From Raillietiella orientalis (lineage: Eukaryota): DNA of 64,000 bases. Shown here in pieces: positions 13,090 through 28,000 of this stretch (position 1 is its first letter; each line of letters begins with the position of its first letter). Position numbers and translations under genes: made by a program. Location: the NCBI GenBank assembly GCA_036172245.1, contig JAYWIR010000013.1:248001-312000 (forward strand). The letters run 5' to 3'. Under the pieces are notes generated by a model that saw only the letters and a list, made by a program, of their open reading frames with translations, was not told where the DNA came from and ran no database searches.

Positions 13090-13660
13090 ACTTGGTTTCC
13101 TGGAGAGATGCATCCCCGAACTGTTTGAGGTGTGTGACGAACGAATCGAATTTACCTCTTGGTGGACATCTCACTGCATTGCCCTGGAGGACGCGTGGCA
13201 GAGACCCGTCTCGATGGCCTTCCATCCGCAGGACACCGCTTGGCACTTGCTGCAGAGATTTTTCATGCGACGCGAGCTAACGGCAGGTGCCATGGTCGCA
13301 ACGAGATGCCGCTCATCCTCCCCATAGTCACAGCCTGCTCCGTGATGGGGTCTCGTTCGCAGCGAAGGGAGGCCATCCGAATGGCAGCAGCTTCGATGAG
13401 GACGTCTACGAGGTGGCCTCGCCTGCAAGGAGTCACCAGGGAGATCTCCAGCATTCAGAGCCAGCTGCAGGCAGAAAGAAGTAGCTGTAACCAAAGACCC
13501 CCCGTCCCTATCCTATCCCCTTTTTTACTTAATTTATTGTCCCCTTCCTTTCGCCCCGACTTCCTTAGAAGCCTTAGAAGCCTGCGAGCTGATGGTTGCC
13601 CCCAGCCTGATTTTTTTTTTTTTAAGAGTTGTAATCTCTTTATTTTTAAATAAATGTCTC
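13090..13660 (+). mobile_element. Second decayed non-LTR retrotransposon 3' end
   Basis: SPNCLRC..NES then (frameshifted) HCIALEDAWQR is a broken CCHC knuckle; C-terminal peptide resembles that of the 7650-8460 copy; pyrimidine/T-rich tail and AATAAA at 13649-13654. Confidence 0.5.
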
Positions 13661-16600
13661 GCCGTGACTGGATACAAAATCATGCCCGTTCGAAGGATGT
13701 TGCAGGCGGAGAAGAAGAAGCATCATGCTGATCAAATGGGCTCGGGGATGGGAAGGAGTTCTGTTTTTTGAATGCAAGGCTAAGAAGGTTAGACGTGGAG
13801 AAGAGGGCAATAGGAATGATAACAACTCGCGAATAATCCATGGAACAGCTGTGTGCCTCAGTTTTTTTGGGTCCCTGAAGGGTTGGTCGTGGGGAAGAAA
13901 GTAGGTTGATGTTCTATTGAGAATTATGAAAATTCTCTTATAGGAGCGGGATGAACATGCTATTGGTCAAACATTCGACGGCTTGTACAAGGAAGAACCA
14001 GCCATTCTTGCAGCTCAAGATGCGTTCAGGGTAAACTGAACGAATGCCGAATTCGTGGATCTTCCAAAAGTTCTTCCTCCCAGCACTCTCAGTAGTGGCT
14101 TTCTCCGTGAGCATCTGCAGGAGAACTGGGTCGTAATTGAAGAGTGATGTGGAGGAGCAACTTGTTGCTTAGTGTTGTCGCGTCCGGGATTCTGGCGCTC
14201 CAAGAATACCAGGTACATGCTGTCTCGGAGCTTCGAGCATCTACTTACGGACCATGAGTTCGGGAAGAGAACCAAAAAGGAAAGACACTAGCTGACATCA
14301 AATTTTCTAAATTTTCCAAGCCATCTGAACAGCACATGGGAAACCATTAAATCAGTAACGCGTCCCACTTCCATACTTCACTTCCTTCGAGACCTGCTTC
14401 CCTTCATCTATAAAACCATAAACTTCCAGAATCTTCGGAACCTCCCTCTTGTCTAAGTTTCAGTTGCTGTTTGGTGAGCGGTCTTGGTGGCCCTTGATGC
14501 GTTTTCCACACGTTTCAGCATGCAAACAATAATAGAACACCCAAATCTTCTTGTCTCCGTTGGTGCAAGGTGTTTTTTTTTTTTTGCGATTGATGGGCTT
14601 TCCACTTCGCTCGGATCCTAGAGCGGAAAGTCTAGACTAGTCTGGAATTCCTGATGTCATCCCTATTCTCTTTTGTGGTCGCCATGAATTTCCTGCTCAC
14701 TCGACTCTGCTCGACACGTATCATCTGCATTGGTACGCGTCATCGTAAAAACAGCCTGAGATATTTTCCAGCCCTCGTGATTTATACGCTCTCCTTGGTG
14801 GACCTCCCTTCCTGGAAACGAAGTGTCAGGGGTTCAGAAGGCTATCCATCTTAACTGTTTAACAATCACTTGCCATGCAAGAAGAATCACCAATCACTTC
14901 TTGGTAACGAGTCAATTCGTCTGCGTTTCTCCACTTCGCTCTTCGGATCGCCAATGCTATGTCACCCGTAGGAAGGACGTTTGCTCCAGAAGTGCTCCCC
15001 CTGAAACCAGTATCTTGGCTTGGCTGAAGCACCATTATCCTGGAGCTCATGGAAGAATGGAAATGGATAGTCTATAATCCTTGAATCGGAGTTCATGAGG
15101 GAAGACCGAAGACGCTTTTAGTCAAACAAGCCAAATGGACCTAACGACCTACACGAGGGCAAGATAAACCATTGCGTGCTTACCAACATCTGGCGGGAAT
15201 TCTCTGCTTCTTGCTTCCTTAAGGAAGGATCATCTTAACACGAAGAAATCTAGAAATCTTCGCAAGGACTCTTCTATCCTGGTTTACAAACTGTCAGCGT
15301 CGCTTTCGCGAGTACATTCTAAACAGTTAATCATTGGTAGATTGATCCCCAAACGGTTTCTAAGCCGTTTCCGAGCTTCTTGGGATAGCAACAATAGACG
15401 GGGGTCTATTGATGGGAACTTGCCATATGGACCATTACGTGGGGGCACTTCAGGGATCGCGGGTAATGCGAAAGCACTCGCTTTCAAGAGTGCTCACTCC
15501 TGTGTTCACCGGACCGCGACGAAACGAAAGCGGCGTCTGGTTCTAGGACGAGCAACCATGCTCTGTTCGCCCCAGAACAAACCTTCAGAATTCCCCCTTT
15601 TCTCACCCAGCTTTTGCTCCGTCTTTCCGTCCCCCTCCTGGTTACGGGATCAAATTCAACCTACAGCGACTTATGGACTTTCTATTTTGGGCGCTTCTGT
15701 GGGGGATATGGGAGGTTTGTGTCCACGTTAGGTTCTAGGAGCGCTAACGTGGATGGCAGACCGCGTGCCTTTACCGTGTTCTCTGTCCTTCACCGGTTGT
15801 GGTGAGTGCTAATTCTCATATGAAAATCTGGTGCGCGACAGAGGAGATGGAAATTCGAGAGGCAGCTGCAACCGCAGCAGTAACGAGATTTGTTATGTAA
15901 TAACGAATGTCTCCCATCCACCAAGGGTGCGTAGGCATCCAGAAGGTCTGATCGGTCTTCACTGCTGAATCCCCACTCAAGAAGGTGAATGAATTCTAAA
16001 ATCCAGGAGCAGACCATTGGGGAATCCACTCGTTCGCGGGAGGCTGAAGTTGCCAATCATCAGACTCGTTAATCATCGTGCTGTTAGACAGCCAAGTCAC
16101 GGCATCTGAATGGAAGGAGGGAGAGCGTTCTGCGAGGCAACCGTACCGCTTCCCAGTTTGCTTATCCGCACTTCTTGCGGCGCTTCCGTGACTCAACAAA
16201 GTAGCAGTCTTCGCTCTTGAGAGTGTAATTTCAGCAAAGGGTTTCTATGAGCAATTCCACAAAAAATATGGGGGGAGTTGCATTCGTAGCTTCATCGGTC
16301 TTGGAAAATCATCATCAGGAAGAGGGACCGATAATTCCATGCTAACGAATCCCGTGCCTTAGTGATCGGGATACTTTCTGTTTGATCCTGCTTCTTTAGA
16401 TGATCTAATGGAAGAACTTCGATTCCTGGGCATCCAGCTGACTCGCTTTTCCCTGAGCTGCTAGCCCGAACGCCAGCACAGGTGAAGTGGAGGAAGATTT
16501 CCACCAACCCAAGTTTACAACCTTCTGGAAACGAGATGAGTTCTCGCTTTCTCACCGATAAAAAAATACCGGTTTCTGTTGCTTGGCACGTCATGTTGAC

Positions 16601-19600
16601 CTCATCCATGCCCGCCACGCCGCCTCACCCGAAAAACAAAGAAAAAGAAAAGAGAAGACAAAGAAGAAAGGAAAACGAAGACAGTGTTTGGAGGGAGATT
16701 TTCTGGTTGTTTCTCGGGCGACAACTCACCAGCAGCAACGGTTCTTTTGCTTCCTCACCTTGAAGTCTGCGGTGGAGCCGATCTGCTTTCCTTTGAGTCG
16801 AACGTTAGAAGAATCTCTATGAGCTTTCAGCGGTCCCTTGCTGGGTCGTACCTCTTCGAGGAATCCTAGGCTTCTTCAGCCGTTCCAGAAAGCCACAAGG
16901 ACCACTCTGAAAAGATCGATTCGACATTCGTGCCGGTTGGTGCCTTCCGGGTCCGCCGCTCGGCCGCAAAGCTCCCCGGTCGCTGCAGCAACGTTGTACA
17001 CAGCAGCATGCACTCGCCATCCTGTTGGCTCCACAGTGTCTCGGAAGCGCTTTGAAGTCGGCGAGGCATCTCGGGAACTCGCAGCTGCAGTCATCGTAAG
17101 ATGCGTTTCGAAGGTGCTGGGTGGCTTCAGGGGGAAGTGGGAGAAACCCACAAGCGTGCGTGGGTGGGCGGGAAGCCATCGAGCCGCAATCGAGAATCGG
17201 CCATTTTTCACTTGCTTCGAGGGCACCCCTCGGTGGCCTGCAGCGAAATTCGAAGGGGCACACGGGCATGGCAAACGCGGAAAGCAAGCCTGTGAGGTGG
17301 ATGCAGGATGGGATTCTGAGCTCACGTACTCCAGGAGAAGCTGCCAGAGATGGATGCGGCGTTCTCTACTGGACGAGCATGGCCTCCGAACTCGACAGCA
17401 TTCCCTGACCTGGCCCGCTGGCTTGGAGATAGAAGGATCCGAAGGGATGGGCGATTTTGCGGAGACTGGAGGAGAAGGGTCCATCGATGGGTTCCCAAGT
17501 GCCCCTCCTTTCCAGAACTTTTGCTCTCCGACGAGCCCTTTCTCACAGCGGGATTCCGTTTTCCCAAAAGAGAGCGAGAGTGGGAGAAAGGAACGGGCAG
17601 CATCCCTTCCGTGTCGCAATCTTCTGCAGGAGGTTGTTGTAAACCTCGCGACATAGCACGTGTGACTCTCTTCGCTCTCCCACTGAGTGAGTGTGTTTTC
17701 TGCTTCTTCCGGTTTCTTCTGCCTCACATGTCGTCCTGGGAGATTCTCTAGATAATCAGAGGACTGGAATCTGTAGGAGCAAATTTCAGTCAAATTTCCG
17801 TCGATAGCCGAGCAGCACTCTACCTCCCTCCCTCCCTCCCCTTCCCTCTCTCTCCCGTAACGATAATGTGGATAATCGCAGGAGGGGGAATCTTTCGAAA
17901 CATCTGGGGATGTGACTTAGAGACCGAAGGGCGGTACCGGGGAATCGATTCAACAAAGATGCGTTTCCTTAGCCTTAGCTTTCGAAACGTCGTGTTCTCA
18001 AGAGACAGGATTCCTCCCCCCCCCCTCCACATCTTCCCCTTCTCTTTACGTGTCCAGGATAAGGGCAATTTTCTATTCACCGCTCCCTTTCTTCTGCATA
18101 CCATGTTTTCCTCCTCTTTCCCTCTTCTTCTCGCGAGACGCCACCTATCTCTCCCTCGACGGGTCCTTCGGGCAGGCACCTCCGAGTCGGAGGCTCCCAT
18201 TGATTGCATCCTGCATCTGACAACGCGCGCGCAGGGAGGATCCGTCATCGAACATCCGACGCACCTACGCGCACGAGAGCCGTCCCAGCTAAATGGGGGA
18301 AAGAGGGGGCATCCGTTCACGCTCCAACCGATCCTCATCACTTCTGTGCCGTCAGCTCGTCTACCTGGATACACACGGAGCGCGGGACAGAGCGAATGAG
18401 CCGAGGGAAAACGCACTCCGCTCCTCCTCGTAAAAAACGCCGCGCGCGGCCATGGCAACCTCCGGAAAAACGACTTCCTCCACGGTTGATGAACTTCTGC
18501 TTACCCTGAAATTGCGTTCGGGGTGTGTGCCTACGCCAGGGAATCGGCTCCAGAGCAGATGCGCCATCAGGGCTCGGCACCCTTTCCAAGCATCATCACC
18601 CCCTCTAAGGTTTCAGCGCCCTCATGACTGGCTGTCACGCGGCTGCCGTCCAGACTGCCACGCGATGCTAAAACCTCCAGGATCACAGCTTCCGCCTCTC
18701 TGCCTCTCTGGCGCAGCCCCTCGTGCCTGGGAAGGGAGCTGCTGCAAAAGATGAGGGGAACTTGCGTGCTTCTGCCGTCACCGGTCGGACGCAGGGCATC
18801 GTTTCCGGGTCAGCGCAGTCTCCGCGTCCCCGCCACTGCCGTCCAGACGTCAAACTACTGCCCTTTGGTGAGCAACAGCAGGCAGCTGGAATTCAGCCGG
18901 TTCCAGGAGGTTCAGCCATCCCACTTGTATCTGCTGCGAACTGGACGGAGGGGAGAGTTTCGGTCATCTGATGAACGCAAAGAACGAGGTCAATCGTGCA
19001 ACTGGAGGTTCCTCTCTGCAGACCAAAGTTCAGAGTCAGGAAAAGCGCTCAGGTTCGGGAAATGATGTTGAGGCAGTAGAGGAAGGAGACAAGAGGGTGG
19101 ACTTCGGTATGGTTCCTTCGCGAAGACCCAGATCGTGAGAAGAGGTGGACCGCCACTGCTGCTTAGGAGGTCCTTCGATGCCAGAAGAATGCGCTCGTGC
19201 CTGCCGCGCGAGGTGACCTGATTGAGGCAAACTTCTGGACGGCACCTTCGCTTGTGGAAATAAACACCTTGAGGATCCACTGCGAATGGATCCACTTCCC
19301 ACACGGCACGTGATGGCCCCTGTCGGGATTCCGGAAATACCGACCTCTCAGTAGGAAATCTTCCTGCAAATGTTCCAACGAATGCCATTCGGCAAAGGGA
19401 AAGGGGGGGATGCGGTCGTTCGTGATCCATCTGAAGATCCTTGGGCTCCTTCCGTTCCCAGTATGTAGGCGGAAAGCTTGTGTGTCTTTTTTTTTGCATC
19501 CGCAAACGATTTTTTATCGATTGGGCGAAGCCCGACAGTGGGAACCGCACGAACCAGCCTGGACCCTCGTCATCTGCGCGGCTCAACCAGAGGAGAAGAG

Positions 19601-22600
19601 GCGTCGTGAAGATAGGCTTTTCGGAGCATCAGCAGCTTCGCAAAAGATGAGCAGAATCATCTTGAATGCATTCATGATGCTTGAAGCTCTCCGGCAGGGC
19701 GTCTGGACGTCTCCCGGGCAGCATCTGCACGTCAGGGTTCCCCTCTGTAATTTTCCGTGCTCGTTGTTTGTTCTGCAGGGACATCCACACCTTTCTCGAA
19801 ACTCGTGACAGCTTGCTTCAAAAAGAGTAGAAACTCTCAAGAAAGTAAAAGAAGTCCCTCAGTAATTCTTCCCTGTTCCTCTTCCATCAGGATCACGTTT
19901 CGGACTCTGCACTTATGGTTCTTAAATGAAAGATCCTCCCCTCCCAATTCATCAAAGGAACTTGGAACCATAGCCGGAGTTCTTTAAGGCTTCTTCCTTG
20001 GAGGCTTGTTTTCCTCACCCATCATGCGTTGCACGTGTTTGATTTGGTTTCAGGTATCTCTTGATCACTCTGCGCTCTCACTTCGCGATTAAGCAGTGCG
20101 TTCCTTGATTCCGTCCATTCCATGGCAACGCTTCCGTATTTCAACACTGCCGTATGAGGAAATGCGTCTCATTTCTCAGCTCGCATCATGGTGGTATCAG
20201 GGCAAAGAGGATAAAGAACGAATGTGCTGAGCTAGCTATAGTCTCGTGGGGGTAAACTGAGGACGCGCGTTCGATGGAGAGGCGTGGTGCAGATTGACTG
20301 CTTGCAAGGATGCCGTTGTGCTTCGCCAGTGTGCTTTTTCATGCCCGGCTCAGAGACATTAGTCAGGAAGCTTCACAGAGCCCAATCACGTCACCATCAG
20401 CTCATTTGTTAGCAAGAAATTCTGGAATTTGTTGGCAAGAAAAAGGCAGGCATTCAGTTATTCAAGCAGCTGCGATATGCACCTCAAGCTTGCTTGGTCG
20501 CTTGCACAGGTGAAGGTGGAAGATGTCGACTCACCTTCACTTGATCTGAGTTCAAATACAAGGATTTCCTTCTCGCTGCTGCTGCTGATGTTGCAACAGA
20601 AGTTCGACATCGCGGCGAGTCAGTCCATGGTAAAACCTGTTCAGCTCATGGTTCCATTTCCCTTAACCAGAAAAACGAGTCGGCCAGTAGGTATTCCTCC
20701 TCATTTTATCAATCAGTTGATCCGCACTCATTGCATTCTGCAGAATCTGAAAGCACCTCCCAGAAACGTACGCCTACGCCAAGAGATATTTGCCTGTTTC
20801 GTAGAGAGTCATCTGTTTTCCTATTTAAAGCGTTGGTAGGCGTTCGCCGTGGTTTCGTTCAGCTACCTCTGGCTGTAACGGATTTGCAGTTAGCTGTTTT
20901 TTTTTTTTTTTAAATCTCTCTGTCCCATCGACAGATAAAGAGCTCTGTCTCTCCATAAGGCTATTGTTACTTCTCACTCTTCCTACTGAAGTGGTTATGA
21001 ATGCAATTTTGAAGAAACGTCTTGTAGAGTATCAGGACAAGATTCAGGATTTCATTTCTCATCTGTAAGAGTAGACATGCTTCTCTTTGATTTCGTCAAG
21101 CAAAAAAAGCACAAGGATGAAATTTCGGACCGCATGTCATAGCATCAAACAGCCAGAGGTCAAACGAAGAGGTTTCGTGTCAATCCAGGAAACAGCAAAA
21201 TGCACTGAGTGTATTCTGCGGAGGCAAGAACGCAGTGACCATCAGTCATCCGAGATATTGTTCCACTTCTGGAAGGAGTCTCACAGAAATACATGCCAGA
21301 AGGATTCTGTGGATGTCACCCTTTTCACAGATGCAGTTGTATAGGAAGACGTGCATGTGGGTTGCCGAAGAAGAAAAAGTTGCCGTTTCCTCGTCTCTGA
21401 CCTCTCTCATCTGAGTCAAACGCGCTTCCTCTCCGCATTTATAGACCACAACGTCGCCATTTCGACATGGTGAAGTGCACCTGTGATTTCTGAAGAGCGA
21501 CATGCGTTCGCTCCACGCTGCAACCGTTCACTTTCATTGAGGCTGAACAAAAAGGCCAGTAAAGGGCAAAGATCAATGCTGGGTAGAGCGCAGATCCACT
21601 CTTACAGTGTGCGAAAGACTTTTTGCCCTTGCTTTCAGTTGGTTCGAAGCACTTTGTCATTGCTCGATCCAAAATCTTAGCAGCCTCTGTGCATAGCCCA
21701 TGCCCAGGATTCCGTTTCTCTTGAATTGAGCTGCAGGCTGGTTGCTTTTGTTCAGGACTCTCGGCCGTCTGTCATCCATGTGGAGCGGTCACATCCGACT
21801 TTGTTTCTGACGAGGTTCAACAGTTTTCTCTTGGTCCCGGTGAATGGAAATTCAGGAGCCCCTTCGCTAAATTCTCTTTGGGTACCTCTTGATCACTCTG
21901 TCCACCTTTCGAGTCCCTAGAGCTCGTCTACGTTTTGCAGAGAACCTCGTTTTTCCGCGTTTCTTTGTATTCACAAGTGTGCCTAAGAGGCTTTTCCCTT
22001 TCTAATGCCCTTCATTTTTGTTGATTCAGCATCATCTGGAAGATTCACCGGATTCCTGCTGTTGACGTCGCAACACAGGCTAGTGCGATCCTCCCAGAAC
22101 GCTGGCACGTTGCCAGAACCCCGCGACTGTGGGCAGAATACTGCCGCAAAAATGCTCTTGCGGAAACACTTGAGGAAAGACGTTTGATGATATATAATGC
22201 CATTCCACCACACTTCTGAGTTTTCCATTGGCGAGATTCAGCATACAGCCTCGTATCTGTTAGGTGATGCGGTTGCATTCGGTGGTTCGCTACTTCCACA
22301 GGTGTGATGTTCCTGAGACTTCTTTTAAATGGCCCCCTCTTTTTAAAGGCCTCGTACCAAACTTGTTTATTCGTGTGAGAAGAGATCGGTCAACCAAAGG
22401 CCAAATTTCATTCTCCCCTCCCCACCCCCCTTTCTAAAAAAAATTAACAAGACATTCGCTTTCCGCCTACACGAAGACGGGGAGGTCCATGAAATGCAGA
22501 TAGTCACTGCAAGAAAAAGTGTCCCTCTGCACGACAACATATCCGTTGCATGCAAATAGTGTTTCTTCGCATGGGAAACAGTGTTCCTCTGCATGGAAAC

Positions 22601-25600
22601 CATGCCCGTTGCATGACGGTGGCGGTGTGCACCAGCCGCAAATGCACGAGATATCAGCGTAACTGCAAGCCCCTCCCACCTCGCAATGCATTCCCTCGAA
22701 GGGAGTGCTCACGCTCCAAGGGACGTCCCAACCCCATCTCGTTGGCACGCTTCTCCCCCTTCCACGGGGCAGAGCAGAGACGCATCCTGCGTGCTGTGCA
22801 CGCCAGAGCGTAGCACCGTAGCGGGTCAATCGCTTAGAGCCCGCAGTGGAGGGAAGGAAAAGTTTCGCCAGAGGTGCCCTCATCACTAGGGGGAGAGGGG
22901 GAAGGAAAGGGAAGGAGGAGAGCAAGGATGTGCTGGCGGCGGTCGGGAGAAGTCGCCTCGGAGCTTCTTCGAGAGGAGGGCGTATTCCTCCGTGGCTGCG
23001 AACTTTTATCTCCCTCTGGTGAGGCCAGGAGGGGTGGACTTCCGGAAACTCCCTCGTTTGGTTTCCTTCCAATCAGCTCCCTGAGAGAGATTTTGTAGTC
23101 CAGGTCCATCCGGGCCGGCACTACGGAATTTCCCACAGGTTGCACCGCCCTCGCAAGGAAACCCGGGAAAGCTCCGCCTCCCGACCAATATCGACTTTTC
23201 CCGATTGCCGGATCCCCCTTCCAGCCCTTGGACCGCATCCGAGGCTCCGTCCAGGAGAGGAATTTTGGTAGGTGCAACGTCCTCCAGGGCAGGGAGGGAG
23301 GCAGGCGCCACCCTCGTCCTTAGCTGAGCAGCGCCCGCAGAGAGGGTCGCCATGAGTCGCCTTCGGCGGGTGGTGCACTTCCGGGAGGGAGCCTTTGCTG
23401 AGAAGGCGAATTCCAGGTTCGGCGTCCGCGCCATTGGCTCCCTGCTCCCCCCCATCTCACCTCACATAGAGATGTGCACATCGGAGGCGCTTCCTGCGCC
23501 GTCACTGAGTCCGCCCTCAGAGCCACGGCCAGCCATCGTCTCCCCGACTTTGCTCTCTTTAGTAGGTTCGCGCTTCCTCCATGTTGTCTCTTTTCATTCG
23601 CACTTCCGCTTCCTTCCTCCCTCTTCCCTTCTTTTCCCTAGAGAAGGAGGTGACCGCTAGGGAGCTGCCTCGAGAGTCTTCTCCCTCCCCCTCCTTGCTT
23701 CGGTCGTGTGGGTGGGTTCTGAGGTTCATCCCGAAAGCTCTCCGCTAACACTGGAGACTGAAGACGGAATGGAAATGGGAAGGGAAAAGGGGATGTAGAC
23801 CTGCACCCCGATCGGCGTTTACACGATCACTCCGATCCGTCACCTCTTTGCCTGGCCCCTGAGGGAGTCGACGGAGGTGCCTCATTCCTTGGACTCGCCC
23901 CCAGGCGAGCGATTCCAGAAGATTTCTCTCCATACGATTCCTCCTTCGGACTCGCGCGGAGACGCTGGGGCCCGCTAGCGACAGCACCTCCTACGCATGC
24001 TGAAGAGGGACTTGCCTTGCCCGTGGAGGCCCTAAAAGAACGCTCTCCAGGAGTCTCCTTCCATCTCCCCACCCGTTCTAGTCCCCCCTTTCTCCTTGAG
24101 TCAGAGGCCCCTTAGCCCTCCTTGGCGGCAGCTCACTCGACCACTATTGTCCTCGTGCCGCCCGCTGCCAAGAAAGGAAGACCGGGCCGCTGGTCTTTCC
24201 TTGCTCTCGATGCTTCTAATAAGCGCGCGGTCGGCCGAGTCTCAGAGACACCACTGCCGATGTGTCCTCCACCTCCTCCAGTCTGGATGCGTCGCACTGC
24301 GCTTGCGTTGCATGCGCACGTGTGTTGGCCGCCTCCGCCAGCGGCGGCGGCATCATCATCATCTGAGCCTGCCCTTTTCCTCTCATTCTTCCTGCCACCC
24401 TCTTACGGAAGGCAACGGTCTGGTCGACCTCGACGGTGGCGGCTGGAGTAGCACGTGGAACAGGCGGAATGGAATAGCGAAGAGTAGACAGAAGGAAAGG
24501 AGAAAGGAAAGAGGGAACTGGATCAAGGAGATGACCTGCGGTTTCCAGGAGACCCAAAGATTTCTCCTTCTTCCTCCTCCTCCTCCCCATGATTTTCGTC
24601 CCCATGGATGCAAATATCAAGTTTAGCAAATCCATAGGTGAAGGTCGCCGCCATCTCCACGCCCCTCCGAAGTGACCTGCAGACTGCATCATGACACATC
24701 TCATAGTGACCCGAACTCAGCTCTTTTCATGAGATGACAGCTCCAGAGGGTTCTCTACTTCAGAGCATGCGCCGAATGGGGGTGTTCACAGGAAATGCAT
24801 TCCTGTCTATCCCGCTCCAATCCCTCCGTGGGAATGTTCTCTCCTTCCCTTTCTCTTCTTGATCCCCCTCCCCTTCGAGGAGGGATCAGACTCCCTTCCT
24901 CTTGGGATCCAGGAGCCCGCATAGAGTAGGGCGAAATCCTTTCAGAGAGAAAAGGAGATCGCGACCTGCTGCGGAACAGCACTCTCACTTCACTCCGATG
25001 CGCGAATTTTTCGTCTCGGGTCCTCAGCCATCTTCTCAGTCGCTAGTCGATCCGTCTGGCTCAGACCCATGACTTTGGGCAGCACATGAGAGTGCTCGCT
25101 CTCCAGAGGGGAGGCTCCACCAGTTCCACTGACTACTCGCTTTTCGTCCTCCCCTGGAAGGAGGGGGCGGAAGAGCAGAGCAAGGAGGCGACGAGGAACG
25201 TGCGTCGGGCCTATCGGAAGACCCGAAGACCGTCAGTCGTTTCCGACAACGACGCTTCATCCCCCTTTCCTTCTAGTTCCGCTTGCTGTCGCCTCTGCCC
25301 ACTCCCGGGAGGCCATCGTGTCGCCATCTTCGCCGCCTCTGTTGCGTCGGCACTTGCAGATCCACACTCTATAAAGGACCTTCCTCGAGTGTGGCCAAAG
25401 AAGGGACGACTCGTGGATGCTTGCATCCTCGGTCCACTTCTGCTGAGACGCCGAGCTCGCTTCTCTTCCCTTCTTCCCATCTCTTTACCTAACTCAAAGT
25501 CTTATTCCCTTCCGTGAAACTCAGCAGTTCGGATGGGAAGCTGCACTCCTGCCTCTTCTTCCTGACGACGCAGCTCTGCAGGAGAAGACGGCTGGTCCAT

Positions 25601-27685
25601 TGGAGTGGTCTCGGAAGCCTCTCGAATGCTGCTTTCCCGGATGTTCTGCTATCTTCTGCAGCGACAAGCAGCTTCTTCTCAGGGGTCACGCTCACCGGAA
25701 GCTGACACCTCAGGGAGCTACGGGGAAACTCCTCCGGGAAACTAGGACTGTCAGTGATGGTGCGCAGTTGCCAGGCAACTCTGCCACAGAACTTCCTCTC
25801 TCGAGTGGCTTCATGGAGCTTTCAGAGAAGCTGGATAAATCTTTTCCCACCCAAGTAAGATGAGCCAGTCGCCAGGTCGCCAGGGAAGCCTCCTCCCGGC
25901 AACCGCTCCCCACCAGATGCAGGACCTACCTCGCGGAGAGATCACAGGGGGACGGAGAGAGGTTGCATTGCGACCGGACCGCCGATGAAACGGAGGTTCC
26001 TGGAGATGCGTCAGAAAAGTGGACCGAGTTCACATTCGGGGATGGGAGAACGAAGGATAAGAGAAAAGCGATTAACTTGATTGGAGCGAGGTTCCCGGGA
26101 GCTCACACGGATCTCTGGTCCACATGTCTCGCTCCTGGATTGCGAGAACGCTTCTCTATGATGGACCGCGCGCTGCTGAATCATTCTTCTCCCCTTCCCT
26201 TCATAACCTGATGGGAATACACGAGTGCGAGTGCACAGAGTCGTCCCGCAGCAACCTCGAGATCACCGTCAGGGTGCACTGCATCTCCATAGAAACTCAA
26301 GATGGAACTGATACATCTCCGCGGACCTTGACGCTCTATTCCGGAGGTAGCAAGGACGTGGAAGCCTGCTCCGGTGGAATTTGGGCGAAGCCTCCGTGGA
26401 CAAGTTCCATCTAAGATGGACGACGGTTTCCTGGTGGAGTGTTGGGGAGGAACAGCTTCGCGGCAGCACCTCGCATTCTAGAGTGTGGACGTATGGGAAG
26501 CGACCCAACGGAGGTGGCCTCGTCGGGAATTGCAAGGGAATGTCCGCTCCTAGAGCCACTGTTGCCAAAGACTCGGACTGGTTCTCTGAGTCCGATGGGG
26601 AGTTCGAGTGGTGGACGTGACTTTGGAGCTCTTGCCGCGTTTCGAGTCCTTTTTCCATAGTCTCGCTTGCCCACCTCCGCGGTTTCTCTGGGGACGCTCT
26701 TCGAACTGCCCCTCCTCTTCCTCAGCAGACCTTCGAACGGTCTGATCCTCAGGCCACGAATTCGGGCGTGATGATATAGATCCATGACATGTATGTTCCT
26801 GGCAGTCCGGATTGTTTACATGACTCAGGGCTTTCCAGGTTCTCCTGAGACTTCCACGCAGGAGCTCGTCTTCGAGTTGAAACGCTGTGGCTCCTCCGCC
26901 GTGGAAGGAAACGGAAAGAAGTAAAGATGCTTCTGGGAAGTCCCGTTCCAATCCTGAAAGGAATTTCCACCCCCCTCGAAGCCTTGGAGCAAGAGAAACG
27001 CACCCAGAGGGTTTGTTTTTCTCGTCACACGAATGCCTGAGGGACGAGAAAGACTTTTTGATCTCTCGAGCTGCACGTTCTTGCAAGACGGGTCGTGGGC
27101 ACCTGAGAATCTCAGCGCTGCCGTTCAATCTGCACGTCTCGAAACAACGAGCGTTGTCGCGTCTCTACAGAAGTAGCTTGAGGAACCGTCCCGGAAATGT
27201 GCCGAGGAGCCTCAGGGCCGCATTCAGGAAGGGGGTCCGCTTTCGCAAAGCGCATGCTCCTCCGGCCTGAAGCCGTGCTCCCCTGGGGCGGAGTCCTTCC
27301 CTGGGTCGTCGTCGCGTCTCCCAGAAAGCCCACCCATTCCCGCCCACGCCTTCCGCATCTATCCCCTCCCCGTCGTGTTTTCCCTTTCTGGCGCCGAACC
27401 AGCGCCAAATCTTTCGGGACCCCGACAGTCGCTCCGGTTCTTTGGGACGATACCTACTCTGGCCCACCTTGCGATCCGCAGTCGGAAAAAAACGCCAGGA
27501 GGCAAACCACATTGGTAGCGAAGAAGCGAAATCCAAAGCGGAGGATGCTGAAAATGCGACACTTTTTATTTCTATTTCTTTGAAAGGCACGGGGTTGGCC
27601 GCTCCTCCTCACGTTCCGTTTGGTGCTTTAGATGGGGAGGATGGGAGGAATTTTTGGCGTATCGTCCTCATCCCAGGCTCTGTGA

Positions 27686-28000
27686 ATCACGTCACCGTCA
27701 CATCGCATCACAACGAACCACGTCATCGTCGTGATACACGAGATCCCAGCGGCCCGCTCCGCATCACTGTGCACCGTGATCACACGAGGGCAGCAACGTG
27801 CCAGCTCGCACACTGCAGGTCGTGCGGCTGCATTGTGCCACGTGACATACTCGAAACCATGTCGCGCGCCTACGGAGCATCATATCGCATCACCATGCCA
27901 GACCACATGTGGCTCCACATCCCAATGCGTCGCACCAGGTCGCAGCGCACGATGTCACGTGTCCGTCACAGACATTCCCGTTCCCGTCACGCAGCTCCAG
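27686..28000. repeat. Decayed ~5-nt-period simple repeat (CGTCA/CATCA/CACAT-like)
   Basis: Dense cacgtcaccgtcacatcgcatcac-type words. Confidence 0.55.

Noticed and set aside
14015..15450. Possible RT fragments (TIACLPT, YLVFLE)
   Set aside because: Isolated short motifs on opposite strands; not supportable without a search.
19615..19650. RSISSF peptide resembling Rdl exon 3
   Set aside because: Too short, lacks splice sites and lies upstream of exon 1.
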